A stretch of DNA of 63,978 nt, the filler included, from Fonticula-like sp. SCN 57-25 (taxonomy: Eukaryota): the NCBI GenBank assembly GCA_001724245.1. It is 8 parts of 8 records of this genome, joined end to end, with 100 filler letters (N's around TTAATTAATTAA, not from the genome) between each part and the next. Parts side by side here need not be neighbours in the genome. Positions count along the whole stretch, not along the records: positions 16,155 to 24,130 come from MEDX01000321.1; positions 24,231 to 32,184 come from MEDX01000322.1; positions 32,285 to 40,233 come from MEDX01000323.1; 5 more parts are not named here. The stretch is one strand, 5' to 3'. The position numbers and the translations under genes are program-made. Below are positions 22,987-35,200 of this stretch, piece after piece. The notes under the pieces were generated by a model. The model did no database searches. It saw only the letters and a program-made list of their open reading frames with translations, and was not told the DNA's origin. The first letter of the stretch is position 1. Every line of letters starts with the position of its first letter.

Positions 22987-23601
22987 ATGATGAATTGGGT
23001 CCCAAGTGCTGCGCCCGTTAACGGGTCGCAGGGGACCGGCTACCCAGTGTATCCTAACTATCCTTATGCCAACAATCAACCCGCGACGAACGCCCTGCCC
23101 GGCTCCTATCTTCAGGGACAGCCTCCTTACGCAGCGGTCCAGTCTACCAACCGGTCCCCAGTGGTCGATTTACGTTTTGGTGGAGCTACACATCCGAAGG
23201 GGCCTTTGGAGTTGTCGCCTCCTCGGCCTTCCCAAACCCCTACCGGGAATGTCAGAATTCAGGAGGGCCGTGTCGGGACTAGTGTTGTTCACGATTTCTT
23301 TGTCGACGGCGTTGCCGTTGCTCAAGTGCAATATTTTTTTGTGAATGGCGGATATTTCTTCGGTGCGCACTCCTGGGGTGTGCGGCAACCTGCTAACGTT
23401 CGTGCGCTTCTAAGATGTAGTGAAGCATGCCGCCTAAAGCGTGGCCACTCACCAACCTGGGGGCCTTTGCCCGCAATAGCTAGACTGATTCCCGCGATGA
23501 GGGTATCAGACGAGTGTCGCCACACTTTTAGTGTTATTTCTTGGCGGTTAGATTATAGGAAAAGGGATGTGAACTTGTATAGTCTGCCAAAAATGCATTG
23601 A
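22987..23601 (+). CDS. Hypothetical protein with Pro/Tyr/Gln-rich N-terminus
   Basis: ~204-aa intronless ORF, protein-like composition; no family recognised. Confidence 0.45.
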   Translation: MMNWVPSAAPVNGSQGTGYPVYPNYPYANNQPATNALPGSYLQGQPPYAAVQSTNRSPVVDLRFGGATHPKGPLELSPPRPSQTPTGNVRIQEGRVGTSVVHDFFVDGVAVAQVQYFFVNGGYFFGAHSWGVRQPANVRALLRCSEACRLKRGHSPTWGPLPAIARLIPAMRVSDECRHTFSVISWRLDYRKRDVNLYSLPKMH

Positions 23602-24031
23602 ATACAACGTATCGTTACATATAATGCTAGAAAAGCAGCTCAGCTGCCGTTTGATAGAAAAGTGGCACCCACACTATGTAGATGGGGCCTCTGATAGTCA
23701 GTGATAGGGCTGAACTTGCTGACTGAACCGTTCTGAACCGTTTCGACTGTCTAAAAGTCGCATGCGATTTTTGATGAATTCAAATTGGGCATGAAAGGCA
23801 AGCATAAAAAAGGGGGGAAATTTGAAATGGGAAAAAAAAATTCAAATTGGGTTTGGGCCACGTTTCCAAAATTTACGTACTTTCCTCGTCACTTTTTTCT
23901 TTCTTTCACACGTGCACTCGCGGGCATGATGATGGCAGTGGCGACCGCGCCGTGTCGATCACGAGGTTTTCTCTGAACGAAGCGTGAGCGTACATGACGG
24001 TACGTTTTGGCCACTGTTCTGTTGAGGATGT

Positions 24032-24130
24032 AGGGTCCATTTACTTCGAAAATCAATTTTCGTCGTGCAAAATCCAAAATCAATTTTCAATTTTGGCACC
24101 AATTTTCAATTTTCGAAGTAAATAAACAGG
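24032..24130. repeat. Inverted copy of the AT-rich end of the dispersed element
   Basis: Reverse complement matches 10936-11034 (AATTGAAAATTGGTGCCAAAATTGAAAATTG..GCACGACGAAAATT..AGTAAATGGACCCT). Confidence 0.88.
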
Positions 24131-24230
24131 NNNNNNNNNNNNNNNNNNNNNNNNNNNNNNNNNNNNNNNNNNNNTTAATTAATTAANNNNNNNNNNNNNN
24201 NNNNNNNNNNNNNNNNNNNNNNNNNNNNNN

Positions 24231-26070
24231 TGTCAAGCGGCGAGAGCACCTCGCGCAACAGCGACGGCTCTCGCATGGGCGTCGCCGTGCCGCTCCTCGG
24301 TGGCGTCGATGGTAGGCTCCCAGGCGGCGGCGTCGAGGCAGCGCTCCTTGGTGGCGTGCTAAAGGGCGTCGCGCCGGGCGTCGACGGCTGCGTCGCCGAG
24401 CGGGGCGGCAGCGCGTGGTGCACGTAGCGGATCACGACGAGCGCGATCTGGTTCGGGTAGTGCGTGCAGATGGACGCGTACAGCTCGGGGTCGCGCTCGC
24501 CGCTGTCGCCGATGAGGATGAACTTGCGCTCGGGGTTGTCGCGCAAGAGGCGAAAGATGGCGGCGCGCTTGGAGACTTCGGGCGGCTGCAGGAGAGCGCT
24601 GCGGGTCTGGTCGCTCAGGTTGAACGATTTGAGGTGGAAGGTGCCCATCGGGAAGCCGTGCTTGGTGATGAAGGTGGCGAGGGTGCCGTGAAGCTGCCAC
24701 GGAGTGTTTGAGACATAGTGGAAGCAAACGCCCTTGGACGCCTAAAGGGGGGGAGATGTCAGCAAATGAGCCAAAATATTCCTAAGAATGCTTGAATTTC
24801 GTACCAGAGAAGAGTAAAACTCTGCCATTTGCTCGACGGCGACGGCGTCGCGTAGGAAAATGTTTTCAAACACGCGCCGCTTACCTAGCGACACCTGGCT
24901 CTCCTTGATGGTGTCGTCAACGTCTGAGATGACCGACAGGCCGTTCGGGAGCAGCAGCGTCACTGGGGCAAACTCCTTGCGGCCGACGGTCGGCGCCTCC
25001 ACCTGGCAACGGATGGTCGACAAGCCAATCTCCTTGCGCGACGGCGAGACGTTGTGAAACGGCAGGTCGCAGTGGCCATGAAAATGACCGTTCCCGCCCG
25101 CGGTCAGCGTCACTTCGCGCAAGCGGGACTTGGCGTGGGAGGAGAAGGCGTCCTCCGAGCCGACGGTCACCGTCACAGTGTGGCCAATCAGGTTGTTGGT
25201 GATGAACAGGCGCAGGCGCTCGTTGAATTTCGCGCTGTGCGCAGTTAGCAAAGCGGCACAGCGAAGAAGCACACGTACGACTGCTCGGACGTAGAGTCGA
25301 GGCCAAATGCTTTGCGTAGTACGCCTGTACACCGACAAATGTTAGCAGGTGAGGGCAGTGCGCATGCGCGTACCGAGAATCATGCGGCGGCGCACCGATG
25401 TGACGCGCGGCGAATAGAGCCACCCCTGCGCCCGCGAATATTAGTACAAATGCAAAGAAAATGCCAATATACGTACGTGAAGGTAGACTCTCCAGTACAG
25501 ATCGTCCTCGCTCGACGACAGGAGCGCTGTTGTCGTAAAGTAACCCGAAATCACGACTGCCTTTGACGCAAAGTAGCTAAAGCTGTTGTCGAGCGTGATG
25601 CTAAACTGCCCAGCGCGCGTGATCGGAAACGAGTCTACACTCGCTGGTGAGTTAAGAATGTAGCAAAAGCGACATGCGCACCAGTGACAATACCCTCGGC
25701 TGCAGTCACGAGTGTTGGGTGGATCACTGTCTCGCGCCGGACAGATCCCAGCTCTATAAACTCGACCGAGTACAAAATATCGCGTTCGCTCAACTTCACC
25801 TCCCATTCAAAGTGACTATTCTGCGCATTTGGCGGTTCGACATCAAACGAAAACTCGAGCTTGACGCCCGCGGGCACGCGTGCGCTCTCAGTTCTGTGCC
25901 CCCGTATGAGGTCATGGGGCATGGGCACGAATCGCGTACCTAATGCAGTGCCGCACAGGATCTGCTGGATTGCGAGCACATAGGGCCGCATACGTGGGAA
26001 ACAGGTCCATTGTTTCCTCGCCCGGTGTAGTTGGTGGCTCGGCCGCTTGTGCCGCCGCGCCCGCTGACAT
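24231..26070 (-). CDS. APP1: App1-type phosphatidate phosphatase with inserted GOLD domain (3'-partial, 6 introns)
   Basis: SVISDVDDTIK (DxDxT), FHYVSNTPWQL, FILIGDSGERDPELY; upstream GOLD motifs WEVKLSERDILYSV and TLDNSFSYFASKAV are joined in frame by GT(A/G)CG..AG introns. Confidence 0.8.
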
Positions 26071-26406
26071 TCTCTGACGCGCAGGCAGCCCACCAGCCTC
26101 TTGGCCGCGCAATCTGAGACGCAGTTTGCAGATGAATCCCGTTTCCTTTCGAAACGCGCAGGCCGCGTACATAGCCACTCGCTCTGCGCTGTTGCTAGGC
26201 AAATACCCATTCTTATACTTTAACGATGTGCAAAGAAGCATGAGAATACACTGGGTACATCGTGTGGACTGAGAGAGATGTGCGCCGCCGCGTCAGCCAT
26301 GTATCGGCCCCACCCAGGCATCAGCCCCACCCAAATGTCGCATAGGTAAAGAAATAGAGCACAAAAAGGGTACATTTTTACAATGAACAGAACAAGAGAA
26401 CGGTTG

Positions 26407-26843
26407 CTACTTCATGCCCTTGCGGATCATGCGCTGTAACGTGCGGGTCTGGACCTTGTTTGTGTACGCGGTCTTACCGAGCTCGCGGATATGCTTCCGT
26501 GACTTGCCGGTGGCAAGATGGCGACGGCCCGCCAGGGCAAACTTGAACACGCCTTTGAATGGATTGGTTAGGTAACAAAAAGAAAATGCAGTGCAAAACG
26601 CACCCGAGGCCATCTCTGTGAAACGCTTCTTGGCGCCAGAGTGTCCCTTGAACGCCGCACGTGCGTAGCCCATCGAGCCGCCAACGAGGCCCGATGCAAG
26701 CACTGAAACAAAAAGAAACGCACGATCAGCATTCAAATTCAATATACCAAGGAAACTGTGTGCTTCTCTGCACAATAATAAAGGCAAAACGTACCGCTCG
26801 AGGCCTGCAAAGTGGAGCTCGCCACACGCTGGAACCACGACAT
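26407..26843 (-). CDS. Mitochondrial ribosomal protein bL35m (3 exons)
   Basis: FKGHSGAKKRF..AGRRHLATGKSRKHIREL is the bL35 signature; N-terminal MSWFQRVASSTLQASS looks like a presequence. Confidence 0.75.
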
Positions 26844-26939
26844 GACGGGAGGCACGATTCCAAATCTACAATGTTGTCACAGGCGTGTTGGCCCCTCTAG
26901 ATCAAAGTTGCTTTGTGCGAGGGCACATCAGCTGGCAGG

Positions 26940-29900
26940 ATGGGTAACGTCGTGTCTGGCGCCACGCCCGCGACGGCCACAACGAGTGCGCTGGAGGCGC
27001 AGGTGGCCGAGTTACAGTATTACACACATAGCACTCTGATTAGCAACACAAGGTACCGCGTCTCCTTTGTGCCGCGCCGGATCTAACGTAATCACGCGAA
27101 GGTTTCTCAAGACGCTGCAGGTTCAGCTGGGCGGCATCTCAGTAATAGTAAAGATATTCGCGACGCCACCAAACTTAAGTATAGACGCGTATATCAAACG
27201 GCTGGATGCACTGTATGCGCAGCTGGCGTGGAGCAACGCGGTGCTTCTGCCGCTCAAGTGCGACGTGCTGAGGAACGGCTGGGGCATCATGGTGCGCCAG
27301 CACATGTACACATCGCTGTACGACCGCATCAGTACGCGGCCCTTTTTGAGCATCATCGAGAAGAAGTGGATCACGTATCAGCTGCTGGCGGCCGCCGCCG
27401 AATGGTGCGCCAACTAACTCTTTGATTGCGATCCGCTCACCGCCCGCGTAGCCACTCGAACGATGTCTGCCACGGCGATATCAAGGCAGAGAACGTGCTG
27501 CTCACGTCGTGGAACTGGCTCTACCTGAGCGACTTTGCCTGCGAGTACAAGCCGACGCGGCTCCCTGACGATTACCCTGCCCAGTTTTCTTTTTACTTTG
27601 ACACCTCTGGCCGGCGATCGTGCTACGTCGCCCCTGAGCGGTTCGTCTCGTCCGAGTCCATCGGCGTCATGGATGACCCGCCGGTACGCCGACACTGCTT
27701 TGGTTCTTTGTGAGCTCATATGGTTAATGTTAGGGCGCGACAAAGCTTGAGCCGTCGATGGACATTTTCTCGATCGGCTGCGTCATCGCCGAGCTGTTCT
27801 TGGAAGGATCGGCGCTGTTTGATTTGCCGCGACTTTTGGCGTACCGCGTGAAAGAATATGACCCGGCCCCGCTTTTGGCAAAGTACGTATTGCGTTTTCT
27901 ATGTTTTGGTTGCTCAGCGCTGCTGCAGGATTGAAGACAAGGCGATCCGTGACCTTGTCACGAGCATGATCCAGCTCGACCCGTCGGCCCGCCTGCAGGC
28001 GTCCGAGTACCTTTCAAAGTACCGTGGGAGCGCTTTCCCGCTGAGTTTTTCGACATTTTTGCATCAGTACACGCTTTCGCTCACTGATCCAAACAACCCG
28101 TCCATGGATCCCGACACGCGCGTCGACAAAATCTACCAAGAGTTTGACAAGATTTCCCACCTGATGGGGCTGCGCTTCCTGGACGACACGCCGCATATCG
28201 GTGCGATCCGCGCTATGTTTGGTGCGTGTACTGACGTAATTAATAGACGCGTCGCCCGAGCAGCGGACGCTTGCGGACATGCGTATTGTCCCGCCGGTCA
28301 CTGTGAAGAACATTGCCGCCGTCACCGACATGCTGTCCCTCGACCCGGCCCTGTGCATCCCCAACATGTCGTATGTTTTATATCTCTTTTTACGCACTAT
28401 GCTCACGCAGCCGCAGCGCCACGCTAAATACGGACATTGTGGGCGACAATGACGAGGACGGCAAGGACAGCATCCTCGTGATCGTGAGCATCATCTGCTC
28501 GAGTCTTCGCTACCTCTCCTTCCCTGTCTCCAAGCTGCGCGCCATGGACATGCTGCTCGCGCTCGGCGCCATCCTGCCCGACCGGTACAAGCTCGACCGC
28601 GTGCTGCCGTACCTCTCGTGTCTGTTTTCGGACGCGAACGCGGTCGTGCGCGCCGCCGCGCTGCGGACGACGACGCAGCTCGTGCAGCTCGTGTCCACCG
28701 TGGCGATCGCCGACACGAACCTGTTTAGCGAGTACTTGCTGCCCATGTTTGCAAAGTTCTCCGAGGACACGGACGTGGTCGTGAGCATCATGTACGCGCG
28801 CTGCATCGGCGCGCTGGCAGTGTACGTGGCTACTTTTTTGGAAATTATGTTTCTGACGTGTTTCGGCAGGACGGCGGTGCGCTACATTGAGCACGTCGAT
28901 ACGGTCCGCAGCGAACGCCGCGCCAATGGGACAATCAGCGAGACGGACATTGAAGCTGAGCTTTTCTCGTTCGAGGCGGAGCGCGACATTTTGCAGACGC
29001 TGATTGGAGAAGAGGTTAGCAAGCTGAGCGCCCATAGCGACCCCAATGTGAGCCGCGCGCTCTTCTCGGGCCTCGTGTCGCTCTGTCGCTTCTTTGGCCA
29101 GCAGCATGTCTACATGATCCAGCAGCTGCTTGCGACGCACATGAACAGCCTCGATTGGCAGTTGCGCTGTGCGTTCTTTGAGAGTACTGTCAACGTCGTG
29201 AACTACGTTGGCCATTCGTCGTTCGACCACTTTATGCGCCCGTTCCTCATGGACGGCCTCGGCGATGAAGAGCAATACGTCGTCGCCAAGGTGCGCTTCT
29301 TTTTGTGTTTGTTTGCCCGCTGACATTAGCATAGACAATTGCGACGTGCGAGCGACTCGCTCGGCTTGGTCTGCTGTCGCGCAGTGATTTCCGTCAGCAA
29401 GCCGACACAATCGCGCCCTTTTTGTGCCACCCGAGCATCAGTACGTATTCCTACTTTGTTTATTTGGATGTCCTAACGATAACCGCGTAGGCATTCGGTA
29501 CAGCGCCGTTGGCTTTTTGGCGTGCGCCTCGTCGCTGTTCCAGCTGAGCGACGTTCACTGCCTTATTGTACCGCTTCTCAAGCCGTACCTTATGCACCCG
29601 CTGCTTAATGTCACCGAGGCGAACCTGCTCGCCGCCGTGCGTCCCCCCGTGCAGCGCCTTGTGCTCGATCAGGCCTTTGTCTGGGGCCGCCGTTACCTCC
29701 AAAAGCAGGAAAAGGACAAGCTCGAGCTGCTCAAGCAGGCCGATGCACCTGCGCGTGCAGGCGAGGCGTCTAGGCTGACGCGCACCCGCACGGCGCTCAA
29801 CATCCCGCCGTCGCCGCAGGTCCCGGCGCTCAACGCGTCTGAACACGTGGATGCGGCGGTCGATTCGGATCGGCTCGCGGCGCTGTCGTCGAGCCCGCCG

Positions 29901-32184
29901 GCGGACGCGCTCTCTGGCTCGGGGACGCCGTCGCTGACTGGACTTGGCGGCGCGGCCGCGGCCGACGAAGAGTTTCACAGACTTGTGTCGACGATTGACA
30001 GACCGGCGCTTATGGGAATGCTGCGGCCGCAGTTGTCGCGCGCGCGTGCAAAGGAGGATGACAAGGATAGGAATGTCCGCAGCAGGTCGGGAGGAGCGGC
30101 GGCGTCGGCAGCGTCTGAGTCCGTAGATGCAGTCGTTTCGCTGCCGAGCTCGAACACAAAGATGGTCCGAGGACTTCTCGAACGCGTACGTCTTTTGTTA
30201 TTTTGTTTGTTTTTGTGGTTAATTATGGCTTTCTGGCGCTGTGTGTCTTAATTTGTGACTTTTGTGTGGCTTTTTTTGGTGCATTTTCTTACATTTTTTC
30301 ACTTTACAGAAGGATTCCGTTGCGACAACAATGCGTCGCTCGACAATGTACGCATTTCCTTTTCTTTCCTTTGCTTTTTCTCACCCATTGTGATTGTGCA
30401 GCCGCCGCGACGAGCGCCCCTACGCCACCTCGAGCATGGAAGACCTCGCCGACGAGTTTTCCGGCCGCGCCCGCACGAGCAGCTCTCCCCGCTTCAACTC
30501 ATTTGGCGAGGATGCCACCTCTGGTACCGGCAAGCTCTCCCCTGCCGCCTCCTTCCAGCACGCCGTCATCGCCGGCGACGGCTCGCCCTCGCGCGCGCAC
30601 CTCGACCCGCGCCAGACTGCCCCCGGCGTCCACGTGACCTCCGGCTATGCGTCGAGCGGCTTTACGAGCCCTTCTTCGACCGACGGCGGCGACGCGTCAA
30701 GGACCATCTATTCGCTTGACATGCTGGCCGACCGCCGCGTGTCGGTGCTTCGCGCGGTGCACTCGGACGCGCGCCGCATGACGCGCATGGACACGCGGCC
30801 GTTGTACCCGTCGTGGAAGCCCGAGGGCGTTCTTGTGGCGCACATTACAGAGGACACGGCGGCGATTAATGTTATTGCGGTTGCGCCGGATAAGAGCTTT
30901 TTTGTTACGGGGTCGCAGGATGGAATGCTGCACGTGTTTGACCCGGCGACGTTTGACAAGTTTGATAGGAATACGATGAATACGAGGCCGCGTGTCAGCT
31001 GCCGCATCATCTGTGCGTAGCATTGTTATCGTGATGATTGTGCTTTGTGTTTGCTGTGATATGCAATGTTTAAGGTGTATTTTGTCTTTTGGCGTCTTCG
31101 TCCTTTTTGTGCACTCTTTCCGACATTTTGCGACCTTTTTTCTGACCTTTTTTCGCAGCCTCCGAGCCCGCGATCCGCTGCATTACTTTCCTTGAGCGCT
31201 CGCACGTCTTTGCCGTCGGTTCGCAGGACGGCTGCATCCGCTTCTACCACGTCGAGTGCCCCCAGCCGGCGCAGCAGAGCAGCAACGTGCCCGCCACGGG
31301 CTTTGCCATCGGACTTTTGGCCACGTGGAAGCCCTACGGCGGCGGTTTCCCGCTCGCGATGGAGCAGTACACGGTGGGCGGCAAGGTGCTGCTCGCGTAC
31401 GTGCTGTCGTCGGGCGTCATTTCGTGCGCCGACGTGCGCCAGTGGCGCGAAGAGTGGACATTCGAGCTCGATCGCCCTCATGGTGCGCATTTGTTTTATT
31501 GTTTGGTTCTTATTTTGCGTTGTCTTGCCTGTTTTTGCCAATTGTTTTGTTTTACTGACCACCCTTTTTCAGACCCAGTTGTGGCGTTTGTGATTGACCG
31601 CCGCCGTCAGTGGATGCTTGCCGGCACCGCTCGCGGCCAGCTCATCCTTTACGACCTTCGCTTCCTCATCAAGGTGCGCGTCAGCAGCCTGCCGCCGTCA
31701 TGCACCATCGAGCGCCTCGTGCTTCACCCGGTACGCACTACTTTTTCTTGTTTGCCGCCACTCATAGGTTTGTTTTAGACGACGAACCGCGTGCTGATTG
31801 CAACGAGCTTTAATGAAGTGATTGTCTGGTCGGTCGAGACTGGCGAGCCGACACAAGTGTACGGCGCAGTCGTCATGAACATGTCGCGCTACACTACCGT
31901 ACGCAGCAGCAAACATACATGTTTTTGTTGCTAATGCTGTGCAATTAGGGCGACTGGTCAAAGGTTGGCAGTGATGTTTTGCCGGCGCCGATCCCGACGC
32001 CGTCCGAGCCTCGCCAGGCGACGCGCGCGCTGCTCGTGCCGTCCGACATGCCGTTCTTTTTCAGCGCAGGCACGGACCGCCTGCTGCTGTGCTGGGACAC
32101 GACCGACCCCGACAAGTGCCACGTGATCTCGGGCGTCAAGCCGGGCCACGTCGCAGTGTTTAAGAAGACGGCCGTCAGCGGAGT
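26940..32184 (+). CDS. VPS15: Vps15/PIK3R4 (kinase-HEAT-WD40), ~15 introns, 3'-partial
   Basis: MGN myristoylation start, RFLKT, SLYDRISTRPFL, HGDIKAENV, LSDFA, DTSGRRSCYVAPERF, LDRVLPY, WKPEGVLVAH, WD40 repeats. Confidence 0.93.
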
Positions 32185-32284
32185 NNNNNNNNNNNNNNNN
32201 NNNNNNNNNNNNNNNNNNNNNNNNNNNNTTAATTAATTAANNNNNNNNNNNNNNNNNNNNNNNNNNNNNNNNNNNNNNNNNNNN

Positions 32285-35200
32285 GAATGTGTTTGACACG
32301 CCCGTCGTGAAGGTGCCTCCCAAGAAGACGGCCCCGCCGCCGACGCTTGTGCCCGCGGAAGCGGCTCCGAGCGAGTCGAGCGCCGCGCCCGTGGCCGAGA
32401 AGGCTCCCCGCGCCGCAAAGGAAGCGACGGCGTCGGACAAGCCCAAGAAGGAAAAGTCCTCCAAGGAAGACAAGCCCAAGGAAGACAAGCCCAAGAAGGA
32501 AAAGTCCTCCAAGACCGACAAGGCTGACAAGGCTGACAAGGCCGACAAGACCGACAGGACTGCGGCGACGCCTACCGTCGTGACCAAGACGGGCGTCAAG
32601 CTGCCCGAGCTGTCGGAGCCTGAGAAGCCGCTTTCGCCGGTGGCCCCCAAGGCGCCGGCTGTCAAGGAAGTTGTCAATATGCCGACGTCGCCGAGCGCTG
32701 CCAAGGCCGCTGCCGCCGCCGAGTCGTCCTCGTCCAAGGAGAAGCTTGCAGAGGCCGCTCCGGCGTCTCCCGCGTCTCCCGCGTCTCCCGCCGAGCCCAA
32801 GAAGGAAGCCAAGAAGGACAAGAAGGAAGAGAAGAAGGAGAAGGAGGCCAAGGAAAAGGAGGCCAAGGAGAAGAAGGAGCGCGAAGAGAAGGAGGCCAAG
32901 GAGAAGAAGGAGCGCGAAGAGAAGGAGAAGAAGGAGCGCGAAGAAAAGGAGAAGAAGGAGAAGAAGGAGAAGGAGAAGGAAGAGAAGGAGAAGAAGAAGA
33001 CGCTCAAGTCGGGCGGCACGCTGCGCAAGCTTATGGGCACTCTTCGCGGCAGCAAGAAGGATGCGCCTGCCTCTGTTGCTGGTCTCTTTGACGAATCCTC
33101 TGCAACTGCGTCTGCTCCTGCTGCTCCTCCGGCTCCCCCGGCCCCTGCCGCAGGTGGCCCGCCGCCGCCTCCCCCGCCTCCCGCTGCTCCTGCCGCTCCT
33201 GCTGCGCCGCCGCCGCCGCCGGCCCCCGCTGCGCCTGCTGCCCCGCCGGCACCTCCGGCCCCTGCTGCCCCGCCGGCACCTCCGGCCCCTGCTGCCCCTC
33301 CGGCTCCCCCGGCCCCTGCCGCTGGTGGTCCGCCGCCGCCTCCCCCGCCGCCGCCGGCTGGCGCTGGTGGTCCTCCCCCGCCGCCTCCGCCGCCGGCTGC
33401 TGCTGGTGGTCCTCCGCCGCCGCCTCCCCCGCCGCCGGCTAAGGCCGGTGGTCCTCCGCCGCCCCCGCCGCCGCCGCCAGGAGGCCGTGCTGGTGGCCCC
33501 CCGCCGCCGCCCCCGCCGCCGCCGGGTCCTCCGGCTCCCGGCGTTCCGGCTGCCCCCGGAGCGGCCACGCTTGCCGCGCCGGTCGCTCCCGCTCCTTCGC
33601 TGTACCCCTTCCGCTTCGAGCTCCGCAAGCAGTACCTCAAGCCGCAGGTTCGCTTCGACGACTCGGACAATGCGCTTGTTTCGCTGCAGGTTGTTCAGTC
33701 GGACGCTGCTCAGAAGCAGGACGGCCCGATCAAGTCGCTTCTGTCGGCTGCGTACGAGGCGCGCGATTTCCACAAGGTTATCGAGATTGCCAACAACTGG
33801 CCGCTCTACTTTGTGCGCTTCTTCAATGCCAAGGAGCCGATCTCCAAGGCGTTTGGTGTCGGTGTGACGCACCGCAGCTTCCACCTGCTCACCTCGACCG
33901 GCTTGAATGCCAAGTCGCTCTACGACTGCTACCTCACCGAGCTTTACATTATTAGCGCGTCGACGACCGAGTTCAAGGCCGTGCTCAAGAAGCAGACCGT
34001 GACGATCCAGACGAACGGCATTGAGCTCCAAGACTACATTGTGCGGTTGATCAAGGAGGTGAAGAACATTTCGACACGCGCCATGGCCATCCGCGACCAC
34101 ATTGTGGACGACTACAATCTGCTGTCCTTCCGCATCGGCGACCATATCAACATTCGCGAGCGCGAGGGCGAAGACGGCTGGTTCCGCGGCGAGTGCGGCG
34201 ATCGCGCGGGCTGGTTCCCGTGCGAGTCGGTCGAGATTCTGTACGGCCCGGTGCCGAGCTCGGATGTCATCAAGGCGCACGCTGCTGCGGCCATGATCGA
34301 CCTGGAAGGCGCCATTTCAAAGGCTGAGGAACCGTTCGAGAAGACGGAGGCCGAGAAGGCGCCCGAGAAGAAGTCTGAGAAGAAGTCTTCCAAGAAGGCC
34401 GCTGCCGCCGCCGCTGCCGCTGCCCCCGGCGAGGTCAACACTGCCTTTGGCTCGATGCGCGGCAGCAAGAAGCTCAACGCCAACTTTGTCGCCGCCATTG
34501 AGGCTGCGCACGCGGGCGATGAGCCGCCGCCGGCCGAGGTGGAGGAGCCGTCCACCGTTCCGTCGCTGCAGGCTGCGATTGCCCAGAAGGCGATCGTGGA
34601 CGAGGCCAAGGAGAGCGAGAAGGAGGATCGCGAGCTGCTCGGCGAGACCGCTGCCAAGAAGTTCACGATGATGGAGTATGCCAAGAACCACTACCGCATC
34701 GAGACGCAGCCCGAGACGTCGCTCGGCGACGACCTCCGCCGCGGCACTCTTCGCGGCTCTCTGCGCCGCGGGTCGGTCGCCTCTGTCAAGCTGCAGCGCC
34801 GCGAGTCCGCCGACGCTGCGTGGGGCTGGCGCGACCTTGCTTCCAAGATCAAGTACAGCAAGGACCCGCTCAAGACGTCGCTCCACAAGACGCTCGACAA
34901 TACCGACAACAAGGTTGCGACCGACTGCTTCATGGCCGTCATGTCGTTCATGGGCGACTTCCCGTCCAAGAACACGGACACGCAGATTGTCCAGCACATT
35001 GTCGGCATCGGAATCAAGAAGGAGGGCCTGCGCGACGAGCTTTACTGCCAGATCGTCAAGCAGGTGACCAACAACAAGAGCTTCAAGGAGGACTCTGCCC
35101 GCCGCGGCTGGGACCTCTTTGCGCTCTGCGCCTCGTCGTTCCCGTGCTCTGAGACGCTCGCCCCGTACCTGACTTCGTTCCTCAACAGCCACGCCGAGGA

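Noticed and set aside
26940-32184. Fragmented ORFs suggesting pseudogenes or frameshifting in Vps15, CPQ, XRN2 and Rab4
   Set aside because: The breaks examined are explained by GT/GC..AG introns with CTRAY-like branch points.
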